From assembly GCF_037042905.1 (NCBI RefSeq), contig NC_087251.1, forward strand, positions 25,980,001 through 26,044,000: a stretch of DNA of 64,000 nt. Reading direction: 5' to 3'. This stretch comes from Lytechinus pictus (taxonomy: Eukaryota). A program made the translations under genes and the position numbers. Positions 22,184-33,359 of the stretch are shown in pieces. Numbering within the stretch: the stretch's first letter is position 1; each line of letters begins with the position of its first letter. The notes below the pieces were generated by a model. It had not been told where the DNA came from and made no database searches. It saw only the letters and a program-made list of their open reading frames with translations.

Positions 22184-25100
22184 TGTAACTAGTATTGTAA
22201 ATCCGCTAGGGGTGAGGGGGGAAAAAAGTTATTAAACACATATCCACCACCTTACAATTATTTTAACTTTAGTTTGAAAAACATAGCCAGACTTATGAAA
22301 TCAAGATTACTGGTGCGAATATTTTGGTCTCATTTGGGTTTTATTTCCTCCCATGTTTACCCAATTCAGAGCATTCTGCTGGCAACCACACCAAGCCAAA
22401 GACTTCACCGTTCCACTGGAAGAACACAGCTACCACCTCCACCTTGATACAGCCAAACAGGAAGCCGATCAGAGAGTCGATCAGGAAGAAACCGAGATGG
22501 AGTCTTCACAGACAGATTCTCAAGACATTACAGAATCTCAGGAAGTCACAGACTCACAACCAGAAGCAGAAAGATTGTGTTCCACAGTGGCAACATCTTC
22601 AAGTCCTTTTGTTGAAAGATCATTAAAAGACCCCAAACAAAATGAGGAGACTCCTCAGGTAACTGCATAAACTGTTTAAAAATATATGCCCTTGAAAGTG
22701 TACTTCATTTCTTTCCCTTATTACTTTCATCTCTTGTTTGTATTTGTATTGTTGCTTTATTCATATTTAAATAAATGTATATTATGTGAAGGAATTAACT
22801 ATGGAAAAGCATGTGGCATTTTGTGAATCCAATCAGTCTATCAATATCATATTGTATTCTTCTCGCACTACATTTCTTATGCTTCATTTTCTTTTTGCAG
22901 TTGTATTTTCTTGCACCACAACCTATTAAGAGAAACATGTTGGAGTGTATTTTAGGATAGGCTGCAATTTCTTTTTTATCTGATTTTCACGTTTATTTCC
23001 TGACCCATTGCTTCCTGGAACCAGCAAGTTTGTTTAAAAGGCCTATGGGAGTTACAGAATTCAGTGATCAATGGTTTAATGCGCTCTTATTAATACTCCA
23101 AACAGCTCCAAGTTCAAGGAACTCCACACCGCCCTCCTCACCTCTCCCACTCCGCTAGCAAGAAGAGGAAAACAAAACATGGAGAGGACAGTGATGTGGG
23201 CACCCCACCTAGCACCAGGAAGCGACAGTCATCAAGGCAGAGGCCATTACTGCCCATGTCATCACCACTATCGTCTAAAGTTGACAAACAAAATTCAGCA
23301 AACCCAAAACGTCCTCAGAATCCAGGAGTGAAGAAAGAAAGTGATACAGGTATTTCTCAATCTTTTCACATGACACAAGTTATTTATAAAGTTTAATAAT
23401 GAACCGAATTGGTAAATTCGTTTTAGAACAAGTAGTAATACACCATTATTTCTACCATATATCTACAATATTTCTGTACCTGGAATTGTTTCAAAGTGCA
23501 GTTACTGCATTTCTTTTTACTTTTGCTTATAAATGATTTCTTATATTTTGTTATATGTACTTTTCAAATGGAAAATGAAATAGATGTAAATTGAAAAAAA
23601 ATTGTCATTCATGAACTGTTGCGTGGATGACCCAGCTTACTCTGTTAGGGTGCATCGCCTACATTTACTGGAACTGGGTGTTCCCACTACAAAGTCTAGG
23701 GTAATTGCACAATTCAGTAATTGACAAGTTAACTCTTTGCATGCTGAATTAATTTTTGGGGGATAATAATAATGACAATTGTTGCCATGTTATTTTTTTT
23801 AATTCAAGATTTCCATATTGCACCATTGATACTTATTATGTAAATGTTATCCCAAGAACTACTAGTATTGTCTTTTATTAGCTTATTTAATTTGAAGGTA
23901 GGGGAGAAAACTAATTATTACGATTGTTGAATTTAATTGTACAAATGTGCAAGATTGCAACATCAGCGCGCAAAGGGTTAATCACATTCATTATTTCCCT
24001 TATTCAGAGCCTAGTTCCCGATGGGGTCATACCCTGTGTAACATAGGCAACCACAAGTGCTTGTTGATTGGTGGTCAAGGGCACAGACAGACCATCAGCA
24101 GGGATGCAATATGGATGCTCAATACAGGTAATTATTACAGAAATATATTTCAAGATTAAATGGTGAATTCAGAAATATATTTTAAGATTAAATGGTGAAT
24201 TCTTACAGAGATCCTTGTGTCAGAGTCCATGGGAAATTTACCAGAATTATAACCAGTGAGTTAATGTGGTTCCAAAAGGTAACAGTCTTCCTTCATTTAG
24301 AGAGCATAATTATGTTGCAGAAAACCTTTAGTCTAAATTTCCAAAACAGTTTCTTTTTTATAGCCATGCAGTAAACAAGATATAGTAAGATTTAAGCCTA
24401 TTTTTTGCAGCTGTGTCTTGCTCAGTTTCAAGTGCATCTGATCCCATGACCTTGTAGTGATGCCTTTTGTCAACCACACTTGAAATATAATAACTGTGGT
24501 AACATTGTTACACTATTTAGTAAAAAAATACACTCTATGTCATTGCCACAAATTGAGTTCAGAATTTGACAAAGAATGATATCTGAGTATTCTAAACTTA
24601 AGTTCAGAATCATATAATTGTGATTATGATGATGATGATAGTAATGATATTAGTAAGATAATTGTAAAAATCATAAGTGTGTGCAATGTTCCAAGTGGTC
24701 ATAACAATAGTAATACAATAATTATTCACATGGTAACTAACATAAAATTCAGATTATATATTGAATATATTAATTTTTATCAATATTTTTGTTTCTTTCT
24801 GTTCCATTGTCTTTGTATAAATCTTTATTTTATCATTACAAAGTGAATCTGATCAGGTGAGAGAAAAAGTCTGTAGACCACAGTTATTAAGTTGAATTTG
24901 TTCATACCTTGCAGCTTTGGCAGAAATAATATTACCTACTATTGTTCTGAAATGTATACTTATGTATTTTAAAAATGATTGATTGATTCCTCTTTGTTAT
25001 ATTGTGTTTTATTTCATTTGCCCGATAAACCATTAATATTAATGTAATAGTATGAGTGTTGCATGACCCTCAAATCCCTAATTTTCATACCTACTTCCCA

Positions 25101-28100
25101 ACAGAAACTGGTGGCTGGACCGTGCCAGAGATAGAATCATCTTCTGACAAGTTCCCCTCCCGCATGGGTCACACTGCGACCTTTGACCGTGACCTTAACA
25201 GTGTGTTTGTCTTTGGGGGATCCAAGAACCTTCGGTGGTTCAGTGACATGCACATCTTGGACCTTGCAACGATGAAGTGGTCACTTGTTGAGGTACATTT
25301 TGAATCAAGGCCTAAATGATACTATGTATACTTTCAATGATCCATTCTGTTCTTCAGAGAGCTCAACATAAAAATTCCTTTTATTGACTGTTTTGGTGTT
25401 GCATGATTAAAATGTGAACACATTATTATGAGAAAAGTAAGGGCCTTACTCTTTTTGTTTACGACGTCAAGGTAAGCTCAAATTATGATAAATTAGTGAC
25501 TTGAACTTGAAAACCAAGACATCCCTTGCCTGAGTGCATTGGAAAGATCATAAATATGTGAAAAATAGCTCTTTTCCCCAATCCATAGATTAGATAATTG
25601 AGTAATATTTACTTTGAATAGATATATTTTACCTCGCGTTTCAAATATTATGCTAATAACAGCCTTTTTGTTTTAAAATGATATGTCAGGACAGACAAGT
25701 TCTTTTTTTTTAATTTGAAAATTGCACAAATATAATAATATATCTGTAAAGCGCTTAGACACGTCGTTCCGATGTAGTAAGCGCTAAATAAAAGCGGATT
25801 ATTTTTAAATGGATAGGGTATAAATTATGTAGTTGTGAACCATAACTGATAATTATACCTTCTTTTCCTCCTCTACCTCAGGCTGCTGGTGAAGCCCCTA
25901 CCAGAGCATATCACTCTGCAACGTTCTTCCGCAATGAGCTCTATGTCTTTGGCGGTGTATATCCTAACCCTGACCCACAACCTGATGGATGTAGTAATGA
26001 TGTTGTCATCTTCAATCCAGGTGATTCAACAAGAACTACGAAAGAATACAAATGTTTTTGTCATCATTGTCAGGTTTAAAGCTGAGGATGTAAACCTGCT
26101 GCCTACAAGATCCAAGTGGTCCCTGTTCAAAGCCTATTGCGATATGAGAATTCAGTAGTCAAAGGGCCAAGGAGGTTTATGGACTATATTGTGGGGTTAG
26201 GCCTGAAAAGGATTTTGGTTTGGGAGGATACTAAGTAAAATGAAAATAAAAAGTGGATAGAGAGAGGAGTATAAAGAGAGAAGTAGTGTCAATGTGAAAG
26301 AGAAGAGAGAGACACATGCAACAGGAACCAGAAATTCTGGTATCCCTTTATTCTTGTCAAACACACTGTATATTATACATCCTGCTATAAGAGTTGTAGT
26401 TGGATGTATTTTACAATTTTATGTTTGTCTTTTTTTTCCTTTGTAGAATCAAAGAGTTGGTATAAGCCAGTAACCATGGGAACCAAACCTAAACAGAGAT
26501 CAGGGTGAGTTTAGATCATATTGTCATTTCATACAGAAGCAGATGCCATCTTTAATTTTTTTTAAGATGGCACAATCATCTTGAATACCAACATCTTTTT
26601 GCACTCCGAAACTACTCTTACCGGTCCAGACCCTTTTCCCTGAATCTAACATTTTGTATCGTGTAGTCTAATGCCCTCTTGGATGATGAATTTTTCTACT
26701 ATTTACAACTGATGATATGCAACAGAACAAAAGTATCATTGTATGCATCATAGCATTTTTCCCAAAGATCAAGTAACCATCATTGTATTACACACACCTT
26801 ATTTTCTAATAAGGTATTTAAATAAAATAAAAATGCTCTATGCATTAGCCTACTTTATATGGAACTCCTGAGAGCTCCCAATTAAGAAAATGTCATAGCA
26901 TTTTACCTTCCTTTTTATTTGAGCTATATTTGTATATGAATTTATTTTCAGCCATTCTGCCACACTACTTGGAGATCAGCTGGTTATCTTTGGAGGCTGG
27001 GATGCTCCTATATGCTACAATGATCTTCATATATTGGACCTCTGTGAGTACCCTTATCTAGATTATTTTAAAACATGAGATGGTATATTATTTTGGAACT
27101 TTTAGATATATGATTTACCGTTAATGAATTTATACTCTTTGAAAATAAAGCTCATTGTCTTTAATACCAGTACCCTAATTGTTGGCATGAATGGACACAT
27201 TCAAGATTTGATTTAGCATAAAAGGGGTCTCATTTGACCTGGTTACAATCCTTATCATAACACTTGTGTTCTTTGGCAAGAAATGGATCCTCATTTGACA
27301 CAGTCTGGCAAATTAAATTACTTAGTTGTCATTGGATTAAGTCTATTTAAGAGTATTATATATATTTTTTCAAATCAAATAATTCTATGTGAGATGGACC
27401 CATTTTGTATTGTATTGCAACAGTCATTGATTGCATAGTTCTTCATTGTTGGCATCTTTCTTTCTTGCAGGTCTAATGGAATTTACATCCCCAAAGATGA
27501 TTGGCACACCACCTTCCCCAAGGAGGTAAGTATATAGAAATAGAAATATATGATTCCACAGGGGGTGGAGAATGTGCATTCCCTATGTACAGACAAGCCT
27601 GAATCCAATGACTGGGGTACATAGGTCTATAAAGCACTTTGATAAAGTCAGATGATGATTATGACATCCTTTTGTTCCACACTGTTAAAAGGATTTAAAG
27701 AAAATTTCACAGAAATATGGAGTATGACTTTGTATCATTTAAATGATAGTATATTGTAATATTTGAAAGCCTTGTGGAGTGCCTCCAATTTTTCTATTCT
27801 TGTCTTTTATATATATCTGTCTCTGTAACAGCAACAAGACTTATTATTGAGATATGGACATAGTAAAGCACAACACATTTCCAATAAATAGATAATAGAA
27901 ATATGGTTCTTTATATTTTGTTTCCTTTTTTTTTTGTTAAGCATAAAAGGGAGTACATCATTATGGTATGATTTACACATAAGTCAATTTTGTTTGTTAT
28001 TACATTATGTTCTGTGTCATGAATCAACATGTAAGTTATAAAAATAATTATTTTCTTTCTTTTCTCTTCAAGTTGGCATGCCTCCATTGCTTTACCTGGT

Positions 28101-28905
28101 AATAAGGTTCTTATTCATGGAGGATACAATGGAAATGAAGCCTTATCTGATTCATTCATCTTTCACCTTGGTGAGTACATACCCACCCTTATCCTTATTA
28201 ATATAAATTCAGTTTGCATGAATAAAGTCCGAGCTGCTAATCCTTTGTATAGAGAGTCTTTGTGTTATTTTGATCAAAATGCACATAAGGAAATAATTGG
28301 TATCAACATTTTCCTTAGGAATTGTCATTGACACTTTTAGAAAAGGTTTATGTCATAAATGACATGACATTCATTCATTATAATCTGTAAAAGAATAAAA
28401 ATGAAACAGTTATGAATTTGAGCTAGGACCGGAATTTGCCTTGGATTTGTATATGAAATCACATTGTTTTTAAAGCAATTTGGGGTCTTAATTGCACTTA
28501 AATAATGTTGCATAATTCAAGTATTGGGTACCCAGGCATCACCTAAAATTTCAAGTAATTTTAGGGATTCTAGTAATCCTTATAGTAATTTTAATTGACT
28601 TTACCTCAGGATTCAATTGTCATTTGAAGGTAAATTTTTAATGAAATATCCCTTTTCTTTTTCCATTTCAAGATACCTATACTTGGAGCGAGGTGAAGCT
28701 GCACTCCCGTGTGCCAGTAGGGATCAGAGCAGGCCATGCCATCACATGTTACCATGGTAACAAGAGTGCATCAAAAGACGAAAAGGAAAACCATATGCCC
28801 TTGGTGGAGTCTCTTGCTATCTTTGGTGGAGGTGATAATGAGGATAATTTCTTTGGTGATCTGGTCCCATTCAGCTGGACATATTCAAATTTCTTAGATT
28901 TCTAA
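20517..28905 (+). CDS. Kelch-repeat (beta-propeller) protein, 584 aa, 12 coding exons; resembles the uncharacterised zebrafish zgc:163014-type family (recalled, not searched)
   Basis: Exons 20517-20596, 21265-21423, 22370-22658, 23106-23349, 24008-24127, 25105-25292, 25882-26020, 26447-26504, 26952-27043, 27471-27525, 28073-28170, 28673-28905. All GT-AG with consistent phases, 1755 nt. Six kelch blades: RWGH..LIGG, RMGH..VFGG, RAYH..VFGG, RSGH..IFGG, RSWH..IHGG, RAGH..IFGG. Confidence 0.93.
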
Positions 28906-30054
28906 ATACTTTATTGTCTACCTTTCAGGTTTATTTCACTGTTAACTGCTTGTTTTTTCTTTCCTTTTTATTTTTTGATCATCTGAAATGTCATTCTCTT
29001 TCAACATATGTTTTGGTTACCATTGTTATGTATATGATTTTTCTATTTTCCTTGTCTGTCACATTCCATTAAGTGTTTTGTTATTCTTTGAGTCATGGGT
29101 GGTTTCCTTATTCTACACTTGTGCATTTGTATATTATTTACTGGTGTTACTATTTAGTTTGTATAAAACTTTAATCAAAGTAGCTTCACTATTTACTTTT
29201 CATTATTAGTAAAGTATTAACCTTGGAAATCTTGATTTGTTATTGGCTGTCGATTCATTGGTACTATTCTACTATTTGTGCCTTAATGAGCCTTTTCTCA
29301 TGGATTTGGGTCTAGAAAAATTGAATGCTCATCTTGGGCCTGTAATACAAAAAAACTCAGATGATTTGCAGGTTTGATTGCAAACAGTGACAAATGTTAT
29401 CAAGCATAAAAGGTAACCCTACTATCAAGTGCTATTAAAGCGATATCGTACAGGCTCAGAATAGAGGAGTACTGTCAGTTGGATTTAGGTATGCTGCCCT
29501 ATACTGTTCACTTTATGCTGATGTGTCAGTTACCATGTCCCACAATGCATCATTGAATGGATGACATGAGCTTGGTGTGATTAATATTGACCTGTCTATG
29601 TGTATGTCTTCATTGAGAGATGTATGGAATCATCACAGCTGTGATATTCCATATGAGTAGAATAACCTGCCTATAAAGTGTGAAATGGTAGCTACCTTCG
29701 TTTGAAAATGATCAAAGATTTTCACATTGAAACGGATTCATGAATATTCATTACTTTGATCAGTATATACTCAGGCATTGACTAATTGTGTTTTGTGTGT
29801 TTTTACCTCATTATGTGTGTTGTCATTAAATAATATGTACATATGTTGTGTGATTAGATTAATATATCTATTCAACCAATCAATCCGTAATAGTGATTAT
29901 TACATGATACAAATAAAATGTAAACCTTAATATATTTTTTATAAACTCCCCCAACTTTGTCATCAGAAATTCACGCTTGCACCCAGGGTTTCATAAAGCT
30001 ATTAGTAAGTTACACATATAGTGATCTTTTCTTATGCTAAATGATGTACCCTAA

Positions 30055-30338
30055 AGGCTTGGTCCCACTTCACTTACGGATGCAAAGCAAAAGCAATGCA
30101 AATTTTTTTAAATCTTGCCATCCGTTGGAAAACGCTATGCATCCGTTGTGTACTCATTGCATATGTGTTACATATGCTCTATATCCATCGAGCATCCGTC
30201 CACTGTGATTTCATTATTCGCCAAATGTTTTCCATTTGTGGAGCGGATGAAAACGGATTGAGCCAGCCCAAAATTTTGCTTGTCCATTGTATCCTTTATG
30301 CATACGTTTCGTGTCCGTCGGCCAGTGGGACCAGGCCT
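30055..30338. mobile_element. MITE (AGG..CCT ends, ctaa/ttaa flanks)
   Basis: TIR aggcttggtcccact / agtgggaccaggcct (14/15). Confidence 0.7.
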
Positions 30339-31710
30339 TTAAATGAAAGAATTCCAATACAGAAATATCAGATTCAAAGTGATTTAGATTTGGCACCAAG
30401 AAAAGGTCACCAGATTACATAAGATCTAATCCCCCCCCCCCCCCCCCCCCCCGTAGATGGTGACATATTTTATAGCAATCTACCATTCCATTAGTTTCCA
30501 TGTCAAGTGTTTGTAATAACTAATATCTAGCATTATGAATCAGATGAAATTATAATTCTAATGAAATCACATTTACTATTGAGTGCCACATTGGTATTAT
30601 TTATTTGTGGAGGTAAATATCTGCCACAGATTGTAAATAGTCGTATGTAATTAGTGGTTGGTCACACTATCCTTGTAATCGTTTGTTACGATTTTCTCTG
30701 TAAAATTTTCAGAAGAAAATGTCTTAGACATAGTTTTGTATATTTATTGTATAACTGTGATTGGGTTTTGGCAAATAATAAAATGACTGATGAATAAATG
30801 TGTGATATATTCCATGTGCTCATTGTAGTATCGAGTCAATCATATAGCACGTTTTCTATGATATCGAGTTGCCAGATATGTCACATGTTGTTGCCAGAAT
30901 AATATTTTCTGGCTTGAGTGAGTTGAGACGAAGAAAAGAGCGATATCCCACCTAACAGTCAAGTAATTTACTGAAACTTTTGATGCACAATACACTTTTC
31001 AGTCTAAAGACATGCAGAAAACCTATAAACACTTTATGAATGTTCTCAAAGGGTTTATTTTCCTTGATCACTTTGTGTTCCAGTTTAAAGGGGTGAAAAT
31101 AATTATATCTAAATAAATGGAGTAAAACTCACCAAGCAAAATTTTGGAAATGTCATCAAAATCTGGTAACAACTAACAAAGTTATTGAATTTAAAGTTAA
31201 GCAATGGGTTTTTTTTTAAGTCATATGCACATCATGAATATTCATTAGATTGGCTTATGATATCTTTTCCCCACTTTCCTTTTTCTTGTGTTATTACATG
31301 AAATCATTTCAATTTTCCATACATATGTAAATGATATGTTTCCCTAATATGTTGAAAAATAAGTTGCAAATATCTAATGCATTGAATCAGAATAAAATAT
31401 AAAAGCACCTCTTGGGATATAGAATCACCAGTAGATTTGTCAGAAAAGTGGATGTAGGATTTGGATGACAATCCAGCATAATGTTGTCTTGCCCTCTCAT
31501 TTGAATGTATAGAAGAAAATACATCCAAACACATTATTTTGTGAGTGGATGGATCTTTATTTTTTTTTTAAATATATATATATATATATATTTTAAGGTC
31601 TCAGAAGGACATCGAGCACTGTGTATATACACAGAGTGCTCGATGTCCTTCGCAGGGAGAGCTTTGAATAATACAAGTTCCCACGGTTGACTGTAGGTTC
31701 ATCAGATTTA

Positions 31711-31758
31711 TTGCTATTCAGTTTCACGCAACCTACATGAGGTGCAATCATCAGGCAA
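31711..31758 (-). ncRNA. Minimal type I hammerhead ribozyme motif (Penelope-like), inverted copy of 32224-32273
   Basis: Minus strand reads ttgc CTGATGA ttgcacctcatgtaggttgcgt GAAA ctgaata gcaa. Stem I is ttgc/gcaa. Confidence 0.55.
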
Positions 31759-32223
31759 CTGATAAAGCTTTTCAATACCATTTCTCTATATATATGTTCA
31801 GTAATTAAAGAAAATGTATATATAGATATAATTTTCACAGTACAGTTGATATTTTATAATGATTTATGTACATTATTCATTCTGTTTAAAAAAATATTTG
31901 CCTATTATGTAATATTGAAAAAAAAATTATTATACTTGTATATACTTTGTTTTTGTTTTGAAATGTGGAAATAAAATAAATCAAATCAATTGGCGTGCTC
32001 AAAGCATGGGTGCGTAACATCATAGAACGCACATAGTGGGCGCAGGTGACCAGTGCACGCTGAGGTTTTTTTTCCATCAATTTTGAATGCTTTTCAAATA
32101 ATTAATACTCCGCGATGGGTGGTTTTTGATTAATTGAAAAATTTCATATGCTGCTATGGTGTTACGTGCTTGGCATGCCAATTCAATGCGTTGTTCGATG
32201 GTATTGATGAAAAGCTTTATCAG

Positions 32224-32273
32224 TTGTCTGATGATCGCAACTCATGTAGGTTGCGTGAAACTCTGAGTTGCAA
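32224..32273 (+). ncRNA. Minimal type I hammerhead ribozyme motif (Penelope-like)
   Basis: ttgt CTGATGA t cgcaac tcatgtag gttgcg t GAAA ctc t gag tt gcaa. Both core boxes present, 6-bp stem II, ACTC/GAGT stem III, GUU site, short stem I. Confidence 0.7.
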
Positions 32274-32286
32274 TAAATCTGATGAA

Positions 32287-32320
<34 letters not shown>

Positions 32321-32322
32321 CG

Positions 32323-32367
32323 AATCTTCCCTGAAGAAGGTAGATGTCTACCGAAAATTTGGAGATT
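32323..32367 (+). ncRNA. Minimal type I hammerhead ribozyme motif (second sequence family)
   Basis: aatcttcc CTGAAGA a ggtaga tg tctacc GAAA attt ggagatt. Core boxes, stem II, palindromic AATT stem III, stem I aatct(t)cc/ggagatt. Confidence 0.7.
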
Positions 32368-32570
32368 GAATAAAAGAACTTAACTGTTGGCACTTCAAAA
32401 ACTGCATTACTCGTGAATTTGTTTCGCATTTCTGATGTCTTATTATTATTATTGCCAATACGTGGAAAACCAAGATGCCTATATATATATATATATATAC
32501 ATTTAACACCCTTGAGGTGTGCGTATGAAACATAATGAGATGAGGACAACTCAAAAGATGACGCAGGAAA

Positions 32571-32613
32571 CCATTCTTAGCTTTCGTCTTTATTAAAACT
32601 TCGTCAGAAGCGG
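32571..32613 (-). ncRNA. Degenerate minimal hammerhead motif (third sequence family)
   Basis: Minus strand reads ccgctt CTGACGA a gttttaataaagac GAAA gcta agaatgg. AGCT palindromic stem III; stem I is weak. Confidence 0.5.
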
Positions 32614-32621
32614 TGTGAAAA

Positions 32622-32857
32622 ATACAAGGGGATACATCCAAGTTTGTCTTGCACATCAATGAATTATCAAGTTGAATATATTCCATAATCTTATTAGACA
32701 GATGAATTAATGGTGAATGAATGTTGAATATATGCCATAATCTCAGACAGATGAATGAATGATGATGAATTTATTTATTCATTCATCTGTCTAATGAGAT
32801 TCTGGAATATATTCAACTTGATGATAATGCAAGACAAACTTGGATGTTGTATCCCCT

Positions 32858-32861
<4 letters not shown>
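32622..32861. mobile_element. Foldback MITE-like inverted repeat abutting a (TA)n tract
   Basis: tacaaggggatacatccaagtttgtcttgca...ttagacagatgaat is inverted at attcatctgtctaa...tgcaagacaaacttggatgttgtatccccttgta. Confidence 0.7.

Positions 32862-32946
<85 letters not shown>
32860..32946. repeat. (TA)n microsatellite
   Basis: Uninterrupted TA run of ~87 bp. Confidence 0.97.
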
Positions 32947-32949
<3 letters not shown>

Positions 32950-33359
32950 GGCAATAACAGCAAACACTGACTGGTTTGCCTATTAAAACAGCAATGATCA
33001 GAAGTTATTTTTTTATAGAGCTGTCAGTGTCATCATACAGAATATTTGGTGGAGATCAAAATTTTGATCTTGAATGAATCAAGTTATTCAGGTAACTTTT
33101 CAATTTTACATTATCAAAAAAATTGGAAAACTCTGAAAGTATATAGAAATTGTTAGTGCATCTTTTATTTTTACAATTGAGTCACTAGATCGTTGTCGTC
33201 GTCGTTGTATAGATCTAGATCATAGAGAGTAATATCTATATCATCTAGATCCAGTTTGAGTTGGTAACATTCACATATGGCATTCCATAACATTCAGTGA
33301 TTTCGATATGATGATTGAACGCACGTGAATGACGGAGCCGGAGAGGAAAATCCACAAAA

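Noticed and set aside
21625..22260. Hammerhead in the intron repeat (minus-strand cgaaagctt)
   Set aside because: Only the GAAA half is present and the CUGANGA box is missing; at most a truncated Penelope-type remnant.
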